Of a stretch of DNA of 64,000 nucleotides, positions 1 to 12,560 are shown one piece after another (within the stretch, counting starts at the first letter, position 1; the number at the start of each line of letters is the position of its first letter). A program made the position numbers and the translations under genes. The notes beneath the pieces are model-generated. The model saw only the letters and a program-made list of their open reading frames with translations. It had not been told where the DNA came from and did no database searches. The DNA is from Octopus bimaculoides (taxonomy: Eukaryota), in contig NC_068999.1 in assembly GCF_001194135.2 (NCBI RefSeq), forward strand, positions 7,732,266 to 7,796,265. Reading direction: 5' to 3'.

Positions 1-779
1 AAACGTATGTTGAAACGCTGAAACAGTGGCTGCTTCAAATGCTTAAGCAGAAAGTTACCAGTTTTGGCCTGTGAGAAAATTTAGGTTGGTGTGTTTGATG
101 GGCCACATAATTGGTGGAGCTATTTTTGGAGACCATGTCTGGCGTTGAAAAAGAATCACGGGACGCTTTTGCTGCAGTTGTATCTGATTTCCTGGGAAAC
201 AGGAAGTCATCAAATTATGAAGATCTTGTCCAGATCCTTTTAAGCAGTTTTCGAACACTGAGCTGCAATATGAGTGTAAATGTGCATTTCCTGCACAGTC
301 ATCTGGACTATTTTCTAGAAAATCATAAGGCAATAAGTGATGGGCAAGAAGAATGATTCAACCAAGACATCGAGAACATGGAAGCTAGGTATCAAGGCCG
401 GTGGAACACCAACGTGATGCTGTCTACTGCGGGTCACCGTAAAGAGACTGTCATGATGCAATTTATTCACATGAAGCAGCAAAGAGTATGTTCATTCCTT
501 GAGTAAATGAAACTATTCTAAGATGTGTAATTAAACATTTGTATAATATATTTGCTAAACAATAAAAAGTATTGTTTGGTTTGTGTTAATTTCTTATTTC
601 AATATTTCATTCAATGAAAAATTGACATCTTTGGTAAAAAAATGAATTCCTGTTTAACAAAAAACATGATGTGATAGAAATTTTCTGAGGGCATTTCTGA
701 ACCTAGCACCATCAAATTAGAAAGGATTAATTGTAAAAAGCAAGACAACTAAAAATTTTTTCAAAACTATTACCCAGTG
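1..779 (+). mobile_element. 3' end of a decayed Chapaev3-like (CMC superfamily) DNA transposon with transposase pseudogene
   Basis: Frames read CFKCLSRKLPVLACEKI*VGVFDGP, then FLGNRKSSNYEDLVQILLSSFRTLSCNMSVNVHFLHSHLDYFLEN, then stop (354-356, CGA>TGA-like), then FNQDIENMEARYQGRW. This matches the recalled family C-terminus (CNMSxKxHFLHSHLDxFPEN...ERFHQDI...RYQGRW). The right terminus TTACCCAGTG (770-779) is the reverse complement of CACTGGGTAA and is followed by TTA, fitting recalled CACWG termini and TWA target duplication. Family name is from memory. Confidence 0.75.
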
Positions 780-1393
780 TTATTGACGTAATGATTCTCC
801 CGAAATACAACAAAGAAATTTAAAATCGAATTTGAGTTAAATTCCGCTGTTATTGCTAAGTTATTTTGAGACCACGTAATAGTATTCACATTGATTTGAA
901 CTCCAATCGTATATAATACTAACATATGTAGCAAAGAAAAATCTTTTAAAACACACACATATACACACAAGCAAACTTTCAGAAACTCTTGCTCAATTAC
1001 ACTGTATCCAATTAAATTCGATTCCGGCTCTGTAAACTTTTATATAAAGCTATCTAAATTGATCAATAACAATCAATAATTAAATCAGATCATTAACGAT
1101 CGCCGTAAATTTATATTTCTAGTGATATGTATCCTTGGAGATTATTGTATTAGACAGCATATATTCATATTTATTTGCTTTACAATTTAAAGTCCAACTA
1201 CCAATAATTACATAAATGTCGATAAGGGAATGTTAAAATTATCAACGTATATATGTAACTTTTAGACCGGCGACGATGTCATTGTGCTTCTTTAGAGACG
1301 CTTGACTTTNNNNNNNNNNAAAGGCTGAGAATATTTTACTGTCGATGCCTCACAGTGATAATAATATCGTTCCCCGGGGAAATTAACAGCCGT

Positions 1394-2127
1394 TCGCATA
1401 CATATGGTATATTTCTCTCGAGCATACACACATACACAGACGGACAGACACACAGACGCAAACATGCACACACACAAATACAGACACACGCATACCTACA
1501 CACACACACACACACACGCATATATGCATGTATGTATGTGTGTGTGTATTTATATGTATATATGTAGACATTTTCTTCATATCCACATTCTTTGAGATGA
1601 AGTAATTATCTTTCTTTTCCAACTATTCACGTATCTATGAAGTTATTAATTAGAAGATAAACAGGATCTTTTCAATCTCAATCACAAATTGTTTAATTAA
1701 TTTTCTTAACTAAACAGTTTGAAACTTCGGATACCGGTTGAATGTGTCACGTAGAACAGGGTTTGCTCTTAACACTTTCGAGAAAAGTTTGTAGTTTAGA
1801 AGTTATTTCGTGTTAAAGTTGTCGTATTTGGGTAATTTTAACCAATTAATGACGTGTATTCAGCTGAAAACGTTACTGATGTTTGCGAAAGTAATGGAAG
1901 AACAACAACATCTTGGTCGTCGGGTCATCTGTTTTTGACGCTGCATACATATATGTACGTAAATACACAGAGACACGTGTTTGTATATGTGTGTATGTGT
2001 GCGTGTTTTTGTCTGTCTATCTGTCCGTCTGTGTATGTGTGTGTACTCGAGATAAATACACCACATGTGTGCGATATGGATCTTTTAAAATTAATTTAAA
2101 ATTCTGTGACTGAGATTGAAAAAATCC
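1394..2127. repeat. Imperfect inverted-repeat structure (two oppositely oriented copies of an unclassified repeat)
   Basis: 1394-~1481 (TCGCATACATATGGTATATTTCTCTCGAG...CAGACGGACAGA) matches the reverse complement of ~1985-2074. Separately, 1664-1686 matches the reverse complement of 2105-2127 at 21/23. Confidence 0.75.
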
Positions 2128-2212
2128 GATAAACACTATTATAAGAATTTACGGTTATGTGCATTACACAACCTCTGCAACAACAACATTAAGAAAATTA
2201 ATTTTTTTTTCA

Positions 2213-2425
2213 TCTACGAGCACAAGGCCTGAAATTCTATGAGAGGTGGAGCTAGTCGATTATATCGATCCCATTGTACAACTGATAATATTTTATCAAT
2301 CATGAAACGAGGAAAGACAACATGGACATTGGCAGAATCTGAGTTTAGAATGTAAAGAGCCGGAATAAATAACGCCGGAACGCATTTTGTCCGGCGTGCT
2401 AACAATTCTGCAAGCACGCCAGCTT
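2213..2425 (-). mobile_element. Diverged SINE-A (tRNA-derived) copy
   Basis: Reverse complement has a head resembling GCAGAATTGTTAGCACGCCGGACAAAATGC, the TCGATATAATCGAC dyad and the GGCCTTGTGC tail seen in other SINE-A copies. Confidence 0.75.
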
Positions 2426-2484
2426 AACAATAATAATACCAACAACAATATGATAATAGCAATATTGTTAATCATTAACTACTA

Positions 2485-2775
2485 GCTGTGTTGCAATGTC
2501 AGAAGCCTTCGAACGGGGTTCGTTTTCCACAATTATCTTCAAACGGCGAAGCTTCCTTTCCGAGGGCCCAGGTCGGCCGAGACGAGAATCTGTTGATTCT
2601 TTCCTTGACTTTTGAATTGCACTATAATTCTATTAACAGTAGCAAGAGGAATTTGAAGCTTTTCGGCAATTTTTCGCTGGCTAAGAACAGCTTCAGATTG
2701 CCCAACAATATGACCTCTTTGAAAATCTAACAGTTCTGCTGAAATGTTTGTGCGTAGTATGGATACTCTTCGCAA
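2485..2775 (-). mobile_element. Tc1-type transposase N-terminal (paired-like HTH) remnant
   Basis: ORF 2539-2775 reads ELLDFQRGHIVGQSEAVLSQRKIAEKLQIPLATVNRIIVQFK. After a frameshift it continues SRLGRPGPSERKLRRLKIIVENEPRSKASDIA, the typical Tc1 HTH plus GRP linker. Confidence 0.85.
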
Positions 2776-2895
2776 ATGTTTAATATATTAGCACCTGGAA
2801 GGAAAAAGAATAACCATATTGTAAATTCTACCGCTGAAAACATATTAAGACGCTTAGAGCAGAAATTTTGAAAATTAAATTTCTCTATTTCCTGA

Positions 2896-3630
<735 letters not shown>

Positions 3631-4020
3631 CAGTTGGTTTGACAAACCATTAGAGAGTCGGATAACATGGTTCATGCTTCGCTCTATTTCTTCCGCTCCT
3701 GTAAGTTCTGAATGGAAATCCTGCCGAGTTTCAACTTTCACCCTTTCATCGGTTCCAGATCAAGAGAAAAAAAAATGTATACGACCTCATCTGTTTATCC
3801 TTTACCCCGAATCTATTGATCTCTCGACCAAATTAGAAATGATTATTCACAAGATTTGCACTTTTATGGCTGTTTTCATTCCATCATCTATCTGTGGTTC
3901 CGTCTGGCTTTTACATGAACAGCATTCTGATTTGGCTTCGTATTAATAATTGCATTGAAAAGTATTTCTAGTGTAGTCGCTAACTGTTCAGCAATCGCAA
4001 ATCCTATGGTTTCGGCTATC

Positions 4021-4225
4021 TCTTTTATTCTTTTACTTGTTTAAAGTCGCTCAACTGCGGCCATACTGGAGCACTGCCTACGAAGGGTTTGTTTTCAGTC
4101 GAACAAATCGGCACCAGGGATTATTTTGTTCATCCTAGTACTTATTCTATAGGTCTCTTTCCTCGAACCATTATATTACGGGAACGTAAACAAGTGGTGA
4201 CGGGGGAGCGAACACAGACACAAGG
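4021..4225 (-). mobile_element. SINE 3' tail module (ends ...CCAGCATGGCCGCAGT...AAGTAAAAG on minus)
   Basis: Same module occurs at 32895-33125 (+) and 62760-62975 (-), with fragments near 9720, 15060, 23470 and 48480. Confidence 0.7.
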
Positions 4226-5059
4226 CAATGCATACACGCACACATACACACACACTCACACACACAGATGCGGGCACAGGAGTGACTGTGTTGTAAATAG
4301 CTTTCTTCGCAACCACATGATTCTGAGATTCTGAGAACGTGTATGTTTATATGTAGTAGAAAGTGTGTGTATCTGTAGTCAGTATGTAAATATGTGTTTT
4401 TCTATGAGTTGGTATATGTATATGCTTGTGGGGGAGATTACGTGCACGCGTGAGAGATAATACGTTTTACGTGAAAATGTGCAAGTGAATGGATAAGAGG
4501 ATTAGTAAATGAGAGAGTATATTCGATAGTGAAAGGATGTTTGTATGTTCGCATGTTTGTATCTTTGTGCACGAATATGTTAATCTGCCGTTTTTACGCA
4601 TTAATATTCGTGTGTTTAGATATATTTGTACGTGTACAGGGATATATTTTCAAGTGAATACATATAAGTTTCTGCGTACATAGATATACATGCACAGCTA
4701 GTAGCAGAATATCGTGACTGTCAAAGTCCAGAGAAGATGATTTGAAGAAGCAACAGCTTGTAAATTGATCGTAGGTTAAGTAAAAATGTATATCAGAATT
4801 TAATTGAAATTCATTGGCATTATATAAATTGAAATACGTTTTATAAAACCCTCCATTATAAGATGGAGTTTTTACATGTTGTTTTTGAGCTAACCAGAAA
4901 ATAACTAATGAAGCATTCACGAACCCTCATAAGCATTTTCATATTTCACAAGTGAAATCGTTTTTACTAATTCCGTTCTTTAATCCATCTTGCTGGTGGT
5001 GAATAACTCCAACAGGGTAGGAGATATATTAAATAATGTCAATATTTTCTTATCCCTCT

Positions 5060-5285
5060 GAGGCGGTGAACTAGCAGAATCGTTGGCACGTCGGGCGAAA
5101 TACTCATCGACATTTTGTCCCATTTCATCCGACTTCACGTTCAGAATTCAATTTCAGTTGTGGCCTATTTGGGTTTTCATCCTTTCGGGGTCGATAAGAT
5201 TAGTACTAGTTGAGCACTGGTGCCGATGCAATTGACTTACCCCTTCTCTGAAATCGCTGGCCTTGTGCCACAATTTGAAATCAAG
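5060..5285 (+). mobile_element. SINE-A copy
   Basis: A-box-like TAGCAGAATCGTTGG, degenerate B box, core TTTCATCCTTTCGGGGTCGATAAG, tail GGCCTTGTGCCACAATTTGAAA. Confidence 0.85.
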
Positions 5286-6159
5286 AGATAAATAAATACA
5301 AATGTACTTTATTATATTGAGTACACGGGTGCTTGCTGCAATCAGCATATGACACTTTCCAGTTTGGGAATTTCCCTTGTCATAAAAACAATCGCTTGAA
5401 GTTTATATCCGTTTCAAAATATATGTTACACTTTCAATCACCACCTTCGCACAAAAGTTCAGTGTTTTCTTTATATTCTTAATATTTTATCCTTGCTATT
5501 TATTTATTTTATTTATTTATTCATTTCAAAATCATTAATTCATGAGAATATATTTTTAGCTTCGTTTAATGAAACAACGCCGAAGACACTTAATCAAAAT
5601 AACCTTTGACAAGTGTTCTGCCCGAGTTGAGAAGAAAATGCTGAAGTCAAACTAATTACTCTAGTGCCATAATTTAACTTACAGTGATTAACAAGTTACC
5701 GTCTTGTTTATGTAGTATTGGTGTTTGACATTTGCTTTATTACAGTAATTTTCTCACATTCTCTCAGAAAATAATGAATAATTAATTTTTGTTTTGTTTT
5801 GGACTAATTTAGAAATAAAATTCTTATTGAAAGTTTTTTATGAAATCCTTATTTGTTTAAAATAAATAAATGAACAAAACAAAAACAGCGAAATTTTATC
5901 GCAATTTCTTCATTAAATAAATATCAAATTGGGAAGTTATTGGATAAATTAATATTTTATTTCTGCTACTCATGCAGAATTGATTGATAAAGATTTCTTA
6001 TTTTGTCTGGTATTTTGATATCGTCTGCATTCATATCACAGCGGTAAAAAATAAAGAAGTTGTCAGCCATTTTAGTTTTATGTACAGTTTATGTACAGTT
6101 TAATTAACAGAATGCGGCACAAAGAAGAAAACAAACATTTGCAGAAAACACATTCATAG

Positions 6160-6350
6160 CAGCGGTTCCCAAAGTGGGCGCTACTAATCCCTGAAGGTAA
6201 TGGCAAGATCCAGAGGTGTGAGAGTGTTGAAGAAAAGTGGGAGCAATAATGGGGTGGCCAAAAGGGGGCGATAGATGTAAAAATAACAAAATAATGGGTT
6301 AATTAGGTTGAGTTTTATTTGTGATATACAGTTGTGTTTGAATATGATGC
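6160..6350 (+). mobile_element. hAT (Charlie-like) transposon left end, truncated
   Basis: Begins CAGCGGTTCCCAAAGTGGGCG, the classic Charlie/MER-type terminal motif. No matching right end is visible before the (CA)n array. Confidence 0.5.
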
Positions 6351-6357
6351 AGAAAGT

Positions 6358-6360
<3 letters not shown>

Positions 6361-6416
<56 letters not shown>

Positions 6417-6540
6417 GATATATTAATAGACAGATTTACAAGTAGACAAATAAATAGATAGATAGACAGACTACAAACAGACAGGCAAATAAATAGATAG
6501 ATAGATAAATAGACAGATAGATAAATAGATAGACAAATAA

Positions 6541-6597
<57 letters not shown>

Positions 6598-6600
6598 CAG
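6361..6600. repeat. (CA)n then (GATA)n microsatellites
   Basis: Directly visible. Confidence 0.95.
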
Positions 6601-7147
6601 ACAGATTTAGGTATATAATTACGTAGGTAGGTATGTCTGTGTGTATTTCAAATATTTCATATATGAAACTAATATAGACATATGTATATCATCTTTGAAT
6701 ATCTATTGCTCTTCATAATCGCACTGAAATGCTTAATCACGTCATTATTTATATTTTTCACTCCTAATCTTCATCCTCGGTGTACTCACTCCAGCAGTAC
6801 ACATACTGGAATTCGATCCTCATCATCATTATTCAAGTCACTCAACCACGGTTTAGAACATGAATCATCTCATATCAAATTCATGTTAATATTTCCAATT
6901 GATAAGTTGATTAGTTTAAATTACAGCCACACTTCTATCATTAGACGAGAAAGCAATGTATTCGCTTACAGTACTTTCGTCAATTTAATACTCAAAACTC
7001 TTCCAAGCTTGATTAATTAATTTAAACCCCACGTTTATAGAAATCCATATTTTTAGTCTGAAAATCTTAAGTGGAATGTAAAAAAATTCTATTTTCAGAA
7101 AAAGTGTTACTGAAACTGCTATTTCAAATGTAATGTATTAAGACCTA

Positions 7148-7472
7148 GTGGAAGCGCAATGACCCAGTGGTTAGGGCAGCGGACCCGCGGTCGTATCATC
7201 GCAGTTTCGATTCCCAGAACAGGCGTTGAGAGTGTTTATTAAGCGAAAATACCTAAAGCTCTACGAGGCTCCAGCAGGGGGTGTTGGTGAACCCTCCTGT
7301 ACTCTTTCACTCTGTATTTCAAAGGGCCAGCCTTGTCACACTTTGTGTCACGTTGAATCTTCCTGAGAACTACATTCAAGGTAAACATGTCTATGGAGTT
7401 CTCAGCCACTTGCACGTTAATGTTCCGTTGATCGGATCAATTGGAACCCTTGTCATCGCAAGCGACAGAGTG
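7148..7472 (+). mobile_element. SINE-C (tRNA head GGAAGCGCAATGACCCAGTGGTTAG, tail GTATTTCAAAGGGCCAGCC...)
   Basis: A box TGACCCAGTGGTTAG and B box GTTTCGATTCCC. The 3' half is homologous to the tail of the element at 58878-59180. Confidence 0.85.
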
Positions 7473-7765
7473 ACAGGTGTTAAGACTTAAATTTCAGGTA
7501 AAACATCTTACTTGCTATGATTACACAAACGAGTACATGCTTCATTCTAATCGGCCAATTTTGACGAAAAGCCATTTCGTGTTTTGGGTGCATGATTAAG
7601 ATTTTTTTATAGTTTCAACCCGCCCCCCCATCTTCTTCGCTACGTTCATATTGGTGAACACTAACTTTCTTAGGGCTGCCCACATGACTTTAGGGGGCTG
7701 AAATTTGACCTCGGTTTTACTTCTCCTAGACCAACATAAACGGCCGTTAAGTATATTTTATCGGC

Positions 7766-7950
7766 AAGGCAGCGAGCTGGCAGAATCTTTGAACCTTGGG
7801 AAAATGCTTAGCGGTATTTCGTCCGACTTTGTGTTCTGAGTTCAAATTCCGCTAAGGTAGACTTTGCTTTTCATCTTCTTAGGGTCGATAAAAGAAGTAC
7901 CATTTGAGCAAAGAGGTCGATGTAACAACGTAATCGATTTACCCACTCTC
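7766..7950 (+). mobile_element. SINE-A copy
   Basis: GAGCTGGCAGAATC...GTTCTGAGTTCAAATTCCGC...GGGTCGATAAAAGAAGTACC. Confidence 0.85.
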
Positions 7951-8853
7951 TTTCGAGGAATCTCTCTTTTCCAGAATTTAAACTCAGTACTGCAAGCCGG
8001 ACAAAATGCTTAGCAGCATTTTGTCCTTTGTGCCGAACAATTTCGCGATAATTCTTTTGCTAAGAANNNNNNNNNNTTGCTAAGAAACGTAAATAAATAA
8101 ATAAATAAATAAATAAATGAACATATTTTGTTGTGTCTGGGGTGAGTCATACTGCCTTAATAATAAATATCCATAAATCTCTTGGAAGTTAATTTGTGAT
8201 ATTCTTAATTTTGATGGGTTATTTTCAGAAGCTTAAGGTTTGCCTAATTATCAACGTTGCTATTTGGAATTCCTTTTACTGTCTACAATTCTTCGATAGA
8301 ACGGACCGGAATGGTACCTAGTAGTGATAAGTCAATATTTGTGATAAAAAGCAAACCTGGTTATCTGACTGTTTGACTATTCATAATATTACATTTCCCG
8401 TCTTTGCGAATTTTTGCAAAATATGACGTCAAGCCGAGTTCGTATTTTTAAATGTACTAGATTTCGCGGTTCAGTGATCACAGTGGATTCCATTTTTGCG
8501 AAAGTTATCGTTCCACCCTGTGCTATTAATCACTCCTGTAAACACTGCTGGAATTTTCCGTGATGTGTTAACGAAAAAGGCCGGCGGCAACGTCAGTTGC
8601 GTAGCGTGTCTGTATTAGTTAGCGGAGTGGTGTGTTAAGCTATTCAGTGATACGTTTAAGTGTATTTCAACCACCAAACAGGCAGGTCCGTGCACTTATA
8701 TGCACGAACGAACGTATACATGCACACTCACACGGGCGCGCACGCACACGCACGCACATACACACAAACACACACACATTCTCACACACGCACACTCACA
8801 TACTTATACATATATATATATATAAGCATATATGTACGTGCTGGTATATCTAA

Positions 8854-8885
<32 letters not shown>

Positions 8886-8894
8886 CTCTGTCTG

Positions 8895-8925
<31 letters not shown>

Positions 8926-8987
8926 CTTAGATATAGGGAGAAACAGAGAAATTACATATACATCTGTTTATCCATATATGTATGTGC

Positions 8988-9021
<34 letters not shown>

Positions 9022-9207
9022 GTGACAGTAGGGTAAAATGGCACTGGGGTATGATATACGAAGCCCACTATACTCAACATGACTACTCGTCTGATAAGGG
9101 TATACCAGGCACCTAGCTTACTGGTAAAGCACGGTCACTTTCGTAGTGATCGTTATGTATATGGCAAATGGAAGACAGAGGATGGAATGTACGAGAATTT
9201 ATTATTA

Positions 9208-9298
9208 ATCACGACAATTGTTTCGACACATCTAGCATAGATTCCTCAACAACTGGTTCAGGAGCATCCGGCGGTGGAGATGCATCTCATCGGGTGAT
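9208..9298 (-). ncRNA. Type I hammerhead ribozyme candidate (GUC triplet intact, U4C core variant)
   Basis: Minus strand: stem I AUCAC / core CCGAUGA / stem II GAUGCAUCU..44 nt..AGAUGUGUC / GAAA / stem III C-AAUU-GU / C17 / GUGAU. ACAAUUGU is palindromic. Predicted cut lies between 9213 and 9212. Confidence 0.7.
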
Positions 9299-9496
9299 GA
9301 ATAATTACAACTCGTTAAAATAACTGTTTCGCAATGTAACTTCCCATTTTGTAGAAAGAAGAGCAGCCAGACGAATGAAATATCTTCATTTATATAGAAT
9401 ATCAAAAATAAAATCACATATAGCAAAAAGAGAAATGAACACACAAAACAGAAAGTTGCATTGTGGAACAGCTATTTTAATGAGTTGTACTTATTT

Positions 9497-9602
9497 ATCA
9501 CCCGATGAGATACATATCCACCGCCGGATGCTCCTGAACCAGTAGTTGAGTGTCTTATCCATGAGAAATCGATGCTAGATGTGTCGAAACGATTGTGGTG
9601 AT
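9497..9602 (+). ncRNA. Second hammerhead copy, predicted inactive (GUG at cleavage triplet)
   Basis: AUCAC CCGAUGA GAUACAU...AUGUGUC GAAA C-GAUU-GU G GUGAU. Position 17 is G (9597) and the stem III palindrome is broken. Confidence 0.6.
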
Positions 9603-10142
9603 TAATAATAAATTCTCGTATATTCCATCTGGCGGTTTGGCAAAAGACACGGTTAAAATAAGTGTCAATCTTAAACAAATTAAGTACTAAGTTTAATTCG
9701 TTTGACTAAACTCGTGAAGACTGTACCCCAGCATGGCTGCAATCTAGTGAACGAAGGAAATTTAGTGTGCAAAATACCAGCAACCACTTTTTCGATCTGT
9801 GAAGTTGAGGGCGGGTCGACACATTGTGTACGTATTTAATCCCCGACAAAAAAAGTTTCTTTTACGTCAGGTCTCACCACTTTCTGTTTCAAGTATCAAT
9901 GTTTAATGTTTCTGAATTTCGTTATTAATATTCTTCTCTATTCGAGATATATTTCAAATTAAATAAAGAAATGTAAATGCTTTTATTGATACATTCAGAT
10001 CGATAAATTTCATATGATTATCTGTAAATTAAAGTAGCTGATTATATTTGCCTTTGGGAGGAAGCAAAGCTCTGTCTCTCAAGGAAATGTTGTTTGTCAC
10101 TAAATAATATATATATATTCAGGCAAATCTTATTGTTTACAC

Positions 10143-10185
<43 letters not shown>

Positions 10186-10198
10186 NNNNNNNNNNACG

Positions 10199-10237
<39 letters not shown>

Positions 10238-10528
10238 CCACACACACATACACGCATGTACATATATATATATATTCATATATGCATATATACTTATATA
10301 TACATACACATATATTTATATATATATATATACATACATATATAATCATATACACAAATACACGCACACATATATACATATACACACGCATATATATATA
10401 TACATATACATATACATGCATATATATACATATACATGCATATATATACATATTCATATATATATATACATATATATATAGAGAAGTAACATTGCATATA
10501 TACATATATTTTTATATATATATATTTT

Positions 10529-10560
<32 letters not shown>

Positions 10561-10601
10561 CATACATATATATATATATATACATACACACACACACACA
10601 C

Positions 10602-10643
<42 letters not shown>

Positions 10644-11054
10644 GCTCCAATATGAACCAAATATTTATATAAAGAGCAGTTTTAAATAGACTTTCTAAAG
10701 GAAGATAAACATTGTTTCTTATTTCTTTTTGTATTTGTTGTTTATATATATTTTCCATCAATTTCGTTAATGATATTAAAATAAAAATAATACATTCAGC
10801 TATCAGTAACCACACCATGCTGTTTAATATTCTTTTTTGTAACTCACAGACACATTTACGTGTGTGTATATACATTATATATATGCATAGCGTGTTCGAA
10901 GGTGTGTTTTGAAGGAGGCAGCCAACATTTTCGGTAATTCTTTATTAGTGATTTCGTTTCTTAACCGAACCATTCAAGACAAAAATACGAACTAAAACTA
11001 TATATATATGTATAAGCGACCAATATTGTACGTACGCCATTATATGTATAGATA

Positions 11055-11360
11055 AAAAAAGAAAAAATGGAACTAGAACGTAACAGGCGACAAGAAAACA
11101 TCCGGACAGTTAGACGATACAAGAAAGGACCGGATTAAACAAGGACAGGTCATTCGGAGCTTCTTATCTTCAGTCGAGTTCCAGCTTATCTCAGCAGTTT
11201 CGGCCGGTTACTCTCGAGAATGCTCCAATCTGGCCGGCCCTAAGAAAATCTAAGCTAAGAGCATTAGATTCCTTGGAAGAAAGCAAGGGGATGTATGCGA
11301 AAAGAAGGACGAAAAAACAAAACGGAGAAACGGTGCACAGTTACAAATACAAGCAACAGG
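11055..11360 (-). repeat. Unclassified interspersed repeat, possibly a Penelope-like terminal region
   Basis: Non-microsatellite, GC-richer block with a GGCCGG/CCGGCC stem before GAAAC and a CUGAAGA..GAAU motif on minus. It resembles a recalled octopus repeat, unverified. Confidence 0.35.
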
Positions 11361-11378
11361 ACATGTGTGTGTGTGTGC

Positions 11379-11411
<33 letters not shown>

Positions 11412-12560
11412 CGTTTGTGCTTGTATTTTTATTTGTCCAGAGATATCGAATGAGTTTCAGACTGACAAACTGAGTCGATTCTTTACGAAGAAACGTTTGA
11501 TGATATTGCCCCAATATGCTTACAATCATCCAGTCACTGAAGCATGTAAAAGAACGCATACACACAAAAAAAATAATCAGATATAACCAGATATATACGC
11601 GGAAGAAAACAGAATTAATAGGGAGCGGGGAACTAAAGATCGGGAGAAGCGAGATAACTACAGAAATTTGCAGGGATTGTAGTACAGAATAAAAGTGATA
11701 CAGTCTATACCAAAGTAATATACTATAATTTTTTTCAACATCCTTAGCTTTCGTTTAGATGACAAAATTGAGTAAAATACAGAAGCCAAGAGAAGCGAAT
11801 ATTTGGAGTATATTATTAATAGAAAAGAGATAACGTTCTATGTTGAAAAGTTCCTAAGATTCAAGAAAAACATATATTTTCCCAAAGTTGTGTTTGTTTC
11901 GTAATTTTAGTCTGAGTATTTATTTTGCCTTTCAAAAGCGTCTTACGTTAATGTAACAAACATGCTGCGAATACATCGTCTGGAAGAAGGTGTTCTCCGA
12001 AGACGGAATACAATAACGATTAAGATTTTCACATTTAAATCTTCCGAAACGTATTAAGAATAACTATGTACGTCTTCGTTTTGGCTCTTCGCTATTATCC
12101 GTACGCATAATAATTTATTATTTATTAGGTGTTATTCTTCAAATGTTCTATAAACTACTACAGATCTTACACTTTTATTATTTTTCCTGAATAAAATAAT
12201 GAACTAAGCTAAAGGAATATTGTATGACGTCGTTTTACAATAACATTGCATCAATCTTTTTTAATACAATGCTTACATGATTTAAATTTTCATACTTATT
12301 TTATGAATAAACAAAATCTTGTATAAATAAAGGTTTGGTGAATTGACGTTTTATTTTCATTTGTTTCTTGTCATTTCTTATGATATTTATTTTTTGCTCG
12401 TGAATGTTTATTACCAAATACCATTCAAATACCATTCTGTTGATATTTACGTTGTAATAATTTCATTAACACGAAATTGTGTTTCACTCTTTTGAGATAT
12501 TTTGAAAATTTTCTGCTGAAGTTTCTTTTTTCGAAAGATGAAACTTACCGAATCTGCCTA

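Larger units (their letters stand above)
9181..9629. mobile_element. Foldback element, probably inverted Penelope-like terminal repeats
   Basis: Arms 9181-9342 (162 bp) and 9453-9629 (177 bp, with a 15-bp indel) are reverse complements around a 110-bp spacer. Each arm reads outward as a hammerhead motif followed by AATAAA. The Penelope assignment is inference. Confidence 0.75.

Noticed and set aside
11976-12006. Hairpin CGTCT-GGAAGAAGGTGTTCTCC-GA-AGACG (Helitron end or ribozyme?)
   Set aside because: No downstream CTRR terminus, and the hammerhead core has an insertion and GAAG. Not supportable.
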